In this document: one piece after another, positions 59,207-64,000 of the stretch
Layout: each line of letters begins with the position of its first letter
How positions within the stretch are numbered: position 1 is the stretch's first letter
The notes under the pieces: model-generated
Databases searched by the model: none
What the model was told of the DNA's origin: nothing
What the model saw: only the letters and a program-made list of their open reading frames with translations
Assembly: GCA_965207735.1 (NCBI GenBank)
Contig: OZ242296.1
Coordinates: 5,088,001-5,152,000 of the forward strand
Reading direction: 5' to 3'
Origin: Candidatus Versatilivorator sp.
Lineage (GTDB): Bacteria > Acidobacteriota > Terriglobia > Versatilivoradales > Versatilivoraceae
Length of the DNA stretch: 64,000 bases
Made by a program: the position numbers and the translations under genes

Positions 59207-59216
59207 GAAATGCGGG

Positions 59217-60926
59217 CTAACCCCGATAGTTCAAGTGGATTTCCACGCTCTGCACCACCAGGGGCGGACGCAGCCGTGCATCCCGTTCCAGCAGGCGCAC
59301 CTGGACCACGTGGGTGCCCCGGGCAGCTTGTTCGGGCCGCAGCTTCCATACCAGCCAGCTGTCCTCAGCCACGTCCGAGGGGTTGTCCGGGTCCTCCGCG
59401 GCCACGTTGCGTATCTGAGGCTCGGGCAAGCGGGCGCCGTCCAGGCTGACTTCGACCTTGTCCGCGACCGAGCGGTGTTTCAGTTCCAGCTGCAGCTCGG
59501 CGGTCTTGAGATTTCCTTCGCGAGCTTCCTGAACCGAGTCATCGTAGACCTTGACGTGGAAGCGGGGGCCTTCCTCCGTCAGTGTCCGGTAGAGCGCCAC
59601 CGGGGTTTCTCCATAGAGGCGGTCGTGAAGGTCGGCGCCGGCCCAGTTTCCTTCCTTGGGTTCACTGAAAGGCCAGCCGCCGACGTAGCGGTGCAGGGTG
59701 GCGTAGACCTTGTCGGTTCCCTTGAGTGTCCCGAGCGATCCCACGGTCGTCAGCAGCGGGCGGCGGGTCTTTTCGTTGGCGTGCCAGTTGAAGCAGTAGA
59801 TGCCGTCGGCCCCGCGTTCCCAGTAGCCGGCGGCGGCGGCCCGCACCATGGCCTCATGCCATTCCTGGTGGGACTTCAGCCCCTGGTGGGGGCCCCAGAA
59901 GCCGCTGTCGAAGCCGGGATAGAAGCGGATCCCGCTGCCTTTCAGCAGGTCGAGGAAGGCTTCCACCTCCACGCCGTAATCGGTTCCGGCTCCACCCCCG
60001 GCCGCCATCATGTCGCAGAGGTCTTCCCGGACCCAGGTCTTCAGGTCGTAGCCGATGCGCCGGCAGGCCTCCAAGGTGGTGGCCACTCTTACCGACACGT
60101 AGAAGGGCCTGCCCCTCTCCCGGCCCAGGCGTCGGGTCATGGAGCGCAAGGCGCGCTGGAGGTCCGTCAGGGTATAGCTGAGGCGGGAGGCGTCATCCAG
60201 GGGCAGGTGGAAGGCGTGGCGCTGCCAGTCCAGCTCGACTCCGTCCCAGTCAGCCAGCTTGCAGACCTCGGTGACGCTCTGCAGGCGGAGTTCCCGGATC
60301 TGGGGGATGGCGAAGTTCCAGGAGGCCGCGAACCACTTGGGAGCCTGGCGGGGTCCCAGGCACCACTCCGGGTGCTGCTTGCGCAAGGGAGTCAGGCCTT
60401 CGATGCTGGCCTCGGCCATGTCCTCGAGCTGCAGTCCGTTGAAGTGGTTGTCGTTCATACGGATGGAGGCGTAGACATGCATTCCCAGCTCGTGACCTCG
60501 CTTCACCAGGGCGGCATAGGGATTCTCTCCCTTCCGCAGCAGTTCCCGGATGCCTTCGTTGTGCCGCATGGACCGCACCGTGTCGTAGAGGCGGCCCTGG
60601 GAGTCGCCCGCCATTTCCATGGTCTTGGAGGGCCACTTGGCCTCGTGCTCGCCGGTGCACCAGAAGTGCGCCCCCACCTGAGTGTCCTTCATGGGAGCGT
60701 ATGCCTTTTCCACGAACTGCTCCACCGATTGCGGGTACTCGGAGTAATCGTGCGGGGCTCCGTCCCAGTTGTAGATGACCGGATAGGCCGGTGGCCTGTC
60801 TTTGACGGACCCTTGGGAAGAACTGCCTGCAGCTTTCCCCTGCAGGGGAAATTCGGTCAGGGACCCTCCCCAGGCCGCCATGCCCAGGGCTCCCGTTTCC
60901 AGAAAGGTTCGTCGGTTGAATTCCAT
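59217..60926 (-). CDS. Tat-exported glycoside hydrolase-like TIM barrel (GHL10-like)
   Basis: FNRRTFL; YASIRMND.H, HPEW, DGVELDW.R, GADGIY.FN. Confidence 0.7.
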   Translation of the reverse strand: MEFNRRTFLETGALGMAAWGGSLTEFPLQGKAAGSSSQGSVKDRPPAYPVIYNWDGAPHDYSEYPQSVEQFVEKAYAPMKDTQVGAHFWCTGEHEAKWPSKTMEMAGDSQGRLYDTVRSMRHNEGIRELLRKGENPYAALVKRGHELGMHVYASIRMNDNHFNGLQLEDMAEASIEGLTPLRKQHPEWCLGPRQAPKWFAASWNFAIPQIRELRLQSVTEVCKLADWDGVELDWQRHAFHLPLDDASRLSYTLTDLQRALRSMTRRLGRERGRPFYVSVRVATTLEACRRIGYDLKTWVREDLCDMMAAGGGAGTDYGVEVEAFLDLLKGSGIRFYPGFDSGFWGPHQGLKSHQEWHEAMVRAAAAGYWERGADGIYCFNWHANEKTRRPLLTTVGSLGTLKGTDKVYATLHRYVGGWPFSEPKEGNWAGADLHDRLYGETPVALYRTLTEEGPRFHVKVYDDSVQEAREGNLKTAELQLELKHRSVADKVEVSLDGARLPEPQIRNVAAEDPDNPSDVAEDSWLVWKLRPEQAARGTHVVQVRLLERDARLRPPLVVQSVEIHLNYRG

Positions 60927-61060
60927 TTTGGGGACTCCTTCTCTTGAATGTCACCGCTCGCTGGGGCGGCGAACTCGGTCAAGGTCGTTGCGGAACCAAT
61001 AGCTTGGGGGTGCAGGCGCCCGCACACTGTAACACCAAAAGCCCGGAGGGAAAAAGAGTT

Positions 61061-61083
61061 AAAGAGTTATCCACGAAGGGACA
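61061..61083 (+). repeat. Family A repeat copy 4, left part (intron 5' exon, IBS1 at 61077-61083)
   Basis: AAAGAGTTATCCACGAAGGGACA abuts the GTGCG intron start. Confidence 0.88.
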
Positions 61084-63078
61084 GTGCGCCGTGGAAAGGC
61101 GCCTTCTTCTGGCGGGTGCGAACCCCGCCCAACAACTGTCGCTCCGGTTGGTAGCAGCCAGGGCGGATCATGGAGGTAACGAAATGGTCTGAAGCACTCT
61201 GGGGTCAAGGGCCGCCAAGGGCGGCTCAGCGAGCATGCGGGCCGGAACGCGAGTGAACGTCGAGCAGGCCTCGAAACGGACAATACGGAAGCCGACCCTC
61301 CTGTCTTTAGGGGAAGGCCGTTGGCGGATGGGGAAGAGAGCGACGCGGGCACCGATCCGCTTCCGTCGGGGTAGTGACGCTGGCACGCATGGAAGGGGAA
61401 GAAGGCAGCAACACGGGAAGCCCTGGGGGAGATGCGGCACACATCAACCGGGACCCCGCGAGGGGCAGGCCGGGCCGTCAGGGTGGCGGATGGGTCGGTA
61501 GTACCGGAGAAGCCGGGTAACGCCGGTGGAGGGAAGGGACCCTGAGTTGAGAGCAGCATGGAAAGGAGGCAAGGCGTGGCCACTGACAAGAGTCTAACAG
61601 GGTCAGAGGGGGTTCGGAAATTCCAGACCATGCTACATGCGAAAGCGAAGGAGGACCCCAAGCGGCGGTTTCATGCGCTGTCGGACAAGGTGTGGCGAGA
61701 GGACTTTCTGAAGGAAGCCTGGGCACAGGTACGCCGAAACGGCGGGTCGGCCGGGGTGGACGGGGAGGGCTTCAAGGACATCGAGGCGTATGGGGTGGAG
61801 GGCTGGCTGGGGGAACTGGCGCGGGACCTGAGGGAAGGAACCTACGTACCGAAGCCGGTGCGGCAGGTGCTGATCCCGAAGAAACAGCCCGGCAAGTTCC
61901 GGCCTTTGGGCATACCCTGCATACGGGACCGGGTAGCGCAGACGGCGGCTTTGCTGGTGTTGGAGCCGATCTTCGAAGCGGACCTGCAACCGGAGCAATA
62001 TGGCTATCGGCGGGGGCGGAGTGCCAACGACGCGGTCAAACGCGTGCATGAACTCCTGCAAAGGGGTTACCAGGAGGTGGTTGACGGCGACCTGTCCAAC
62101 TACTTCGGCGAGATTCCGCATGCGGAGCTGATTCGAAGCATTGCCCGGCGCGTGAGTGACGGGAGGATGCTCAAGCTCATCAAGGCATGGCTGGAGATGC
62201 CGGTGGAGGAGGACGACGGGAAGGGTGGCAGACGCCGCCGGAACCGAGGGCGCCGGGAGCGGAAGGGGACACCGCAAGGAGCCCCGATCTCACCGTTGCT
62301 CAGCAATCTCTACATGCGGCGCTTCGTTTTGGGCTGGAAGGTGCTGGGATATGCCCGGCGCTTCTGTGCGGAGATCGTCAACTATGCGGATGACTTCCGT
62401 GTACTCGGCAGGGCACCGGCGGCAGAGATGCTGACGGCGGTCAAGCGGATCATGGAGGAGCTGAAGCTACCGGTCAACGAGCGGAAGACCCGATGCTTGC
62501 GGTGTCCGGAGGAACCGATGGGGTTTCTGGGATATCGCATCGGACGCAACTATCGCCCCAAAGGGAAAGGAGCCTACATCGGCACACGACCCAGCCAGGC
62601 GAGCGTCCAGAGCATCTGCCGCAAGATCAGCGAGTGGACGGCGCCGAGGAACGGGACGCTGCTTCGAGGACAGATGGTAGAACACCTGAACCGGGCGATG
62701 ACCGGGTGGGCGAACTACTTCGTTCTGGGGCAGGTGAGCCCGGCCTACCGAGCGATCGACCGCCACGCGGGCGGGCGGCTGCGTCAGTGGCTCTGTCGGA
62801 AGCACAAGGTGAGGACCGGGGGGAGTGTGCGCTTCTCGGACGAGAGACTATGGAAAACCTATGGACTCACTTGCCTGGGGTCGAAGCCACAGAGCCTTCC
62901 GAGGGCGAAGGCATGATCTTGACTGAAAGCCGGATGCGGGAAAACCGCACGTCCGGTTTGACGAGCGGGGGCGAGGAAACGCAGCGAGGAACGAGATTGA
63001 GGCACCGGCGAGTGGCGAAAGCCGCCGGCAACAGCGACTCCCTCGATCTAAGGCCGGCGCGCCTCCCCTCGACTCTAC
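61084..63078 (+). mobile_element. Complete group II intron (1995 nt, IIB-type; probably bacterial class E/F)
   Basis: 5' GTGCG; EBS1 hairpin 61291-61318; RT ORF; domain V AAGCCGGATGCGGGAAAACCGCACGTCCGGTTT at 62927-62959; 3' end CTCGACTCTAC; excision restores an intact family A repeat. Confidence 0.93.
61558..62916 (+). CDS. ltrA: Group II intron reverse transcriptase/maturase without endonuclease domain
   Basis: RPLGIP..RDRVAQ, DGDLSNYF, GTPQGAPISPLL, YADD, FLG, GWANYF; 452 aa, no HNH. Confidence 0.95.
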   Translation: MERRQGVATDKSLTGSEGVRKFQTMLHAKAKEDPKRRFHALSDKVWREDFLKEAWAQVRRNGGSAGVDGEGFKDIEAYGVEGWLGELARDLREGTYVPKPVRQVLIPKKQPGKFRPLGIPCIRDRVAQTAALLVLEPIFEADLQPEQYGYRRGRSANDAVKRVHELLQRGYQEVVDGDLSNYFGEIPHAELIRSIARRVSDGRMLKLIKAWLEMPVEEDDGKGGRRRRNRGRRERKGTPQGAPISPLLSNLYMRRFVLGWKVLGYARRFCAEIVNYADDFRVLGRAPAAEMLTAVKRIMEELKLPVNERKTRCLRCPEEPMGFLGYRIGRNYRPKGKGAYIGTRPSQASVQSICRKISEWTAPRNGTLLRGQMVEHLNRAMTGWANYFVLGQVSPAYRAIDRHAGGRLRQWLCRKHKVRTGGSVRFSDERLWKTYGLTCLGSKPQSLPRAKA

Positions 63079-63197
63079 CGAAGAACGACGAAGGGCCACT
63101 AAGGCGTTGAGGTTAATCGCGAAGGGATGCCAAGGTTGCGAAGGGATGATCGATTTCCGATTGTTTCACTCTCGTATGATCCGCCCGGCAGGGCAGG
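63079..63197 (+). repeat. Family A repeat copy 4, right part (intron 3' exon)
   Basis: CGAAGAACGACGAAGGGCCACTAAGGCGTTGAGGTTAATCGCG... continues the repeat exactly. Confidence 0.9.
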
Positions 63198-63213
63198 AGC
63201 CCGGCTTCCCTGA

Positions 63214-63300
63214 GAGCGGCGAAGCCGCGGCAGCACTTAGCCGTGGGCGTCAGCCCATGGGAAGCGTCGCCTATTGGTGTCGAGCCGCGTAGGCGGCGAC
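63214..63300 (+). repeat. Family F REP-like hairpin cluster
   Basis: GCGGCGAAGCCGC..AGCCGTGGGCGTCAGCCCATGG..GCCGCGTAGGCGGCGAC. Confidence 0.75.
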
Positions 63301-63672
63301 TACATCAGAAAACTTGTAACTGCTCATTATAATATACTTACTGTGGTTCTCCCTGTTGTAATCCCCTCATTATATCCCTCTATTTGAACGGGAATCCACT
63401 GGACCTTTCGGGACGTTGGTGGACAGTCTTACGATCATTCGACCCCCGAGACTCTGCGTCCGAGACCGTCGAGCGGGGTGGTAGAATGCCCCTGGGTTCG
63501 GATCGGAGATATTGGGTTGTGAGCATCCTCCAGCCTTGCCCTTCTCGGCCTCTGGCCATCTGTGGTCGACTGTTCTTCGAGGGCCTCATCAGTGAGGACG
63601 CGCAGCCAGGAACTGACGTTGAGGCGCCGCTGGATGCCGAGGCGCTCGATGGCCTTCCCGCCAGGGATCACT

Positions 63673-63904
63673 GTGGTGAGAGCGACCTCCCCAAAAGGGG
63701 GGCAAAGGGCCGACACCTTTGCCGACACCTTTTCCCGCGCCCGTGGCGCACCAGCGGCGAAAAAGGGGGGGTCGCTCTCACCACCATCTCCCCTCCCGTG
63801 CGGCGCGCCGTTGCGCCGTGCGACGCGGGCGACGCGCGAGGCCCAGCCTCGTTTCGCTTTGTCGCATCGGACGCGGGAAATCCGCGTTGTCCCGCGTCTG
63901 GTGC
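63673..63904 (+). other. Highly structured, apparently non-coding segment of unknown function
   Basis: 20-bp stem 63673-63692/63765-63784 enclosing a GCCGACACCTTT tandem; 15-bp stem 63864-63878/63890-63904. Confidence 0.55.
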
Positions 63905-64000
63905 AGCGTTTCGGAAAATCCCCCACCACAACGGCGACGGCTCCGCCCTCTGAGAGAAAGACGTTGTGCGTAGCAGGATCTCCGACATGTTAGTCCGACA

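Noticed and set aside
61558-62916. RT as a retron, DGR or defence RT
   Set aside because: It has a maturase domain, is embedded in a canonical GTGCG...DV...AC intron, and no template/variable repeat pair is seen.
63384-63993. Overlapping ORFs at the window end
   Set aside because: No recognisable domain. A short stretch (LNVSSWLRVLTDEALEE) hints at a ribbon-helix-helix remnant but is too weak to call.

Overview
GC-rich bacterial chromosomal window, most likely Acidobacteriota. This is inferred from the mix of DUF1549/DUF1553+DUF1501, CRTAC1/ASPIC-UnbV, acidobacterial VWA, carboxypeptidase-domain TonB receptor and multiheme-TPR genes. About 37 real CDSs; most other entries in the ORF track are high-GC shadow ORFs. 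0-24 kb: catabolic enzymes, many with Tat or lipoprotein signals (sialidase-like, two DHDPS-family, creatininase, amidohydrolases, an amidohydrolase pair plus Rieske resembling AibH1H2/AibG oxygenases, an amidohydrolase-aminotransferase fusion, MlrC, a triple RidA). 24-61 kb: envelope and redox genes, including three paralogous heptaheme cytochrome c-TPR proteins. 61084-63078: a complete group II intron. The strongest result is that this intron sits precisely inside one copy of a dispersed intergenic repeat. Three empty copies of that repeat are in the same window, and the intron EBS1 loop is complementary to the repeat target. Intergenic DNA holds at least six other repeat or MITE-like families, several built from 7-mer or 9-mer units in inverted arms. 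One family appears to retain a decayed GxxExxY-protein N-terminus. No rRNA, tRNA or CRISPR array was seen. All family assignments are by motif recognition, not database search.
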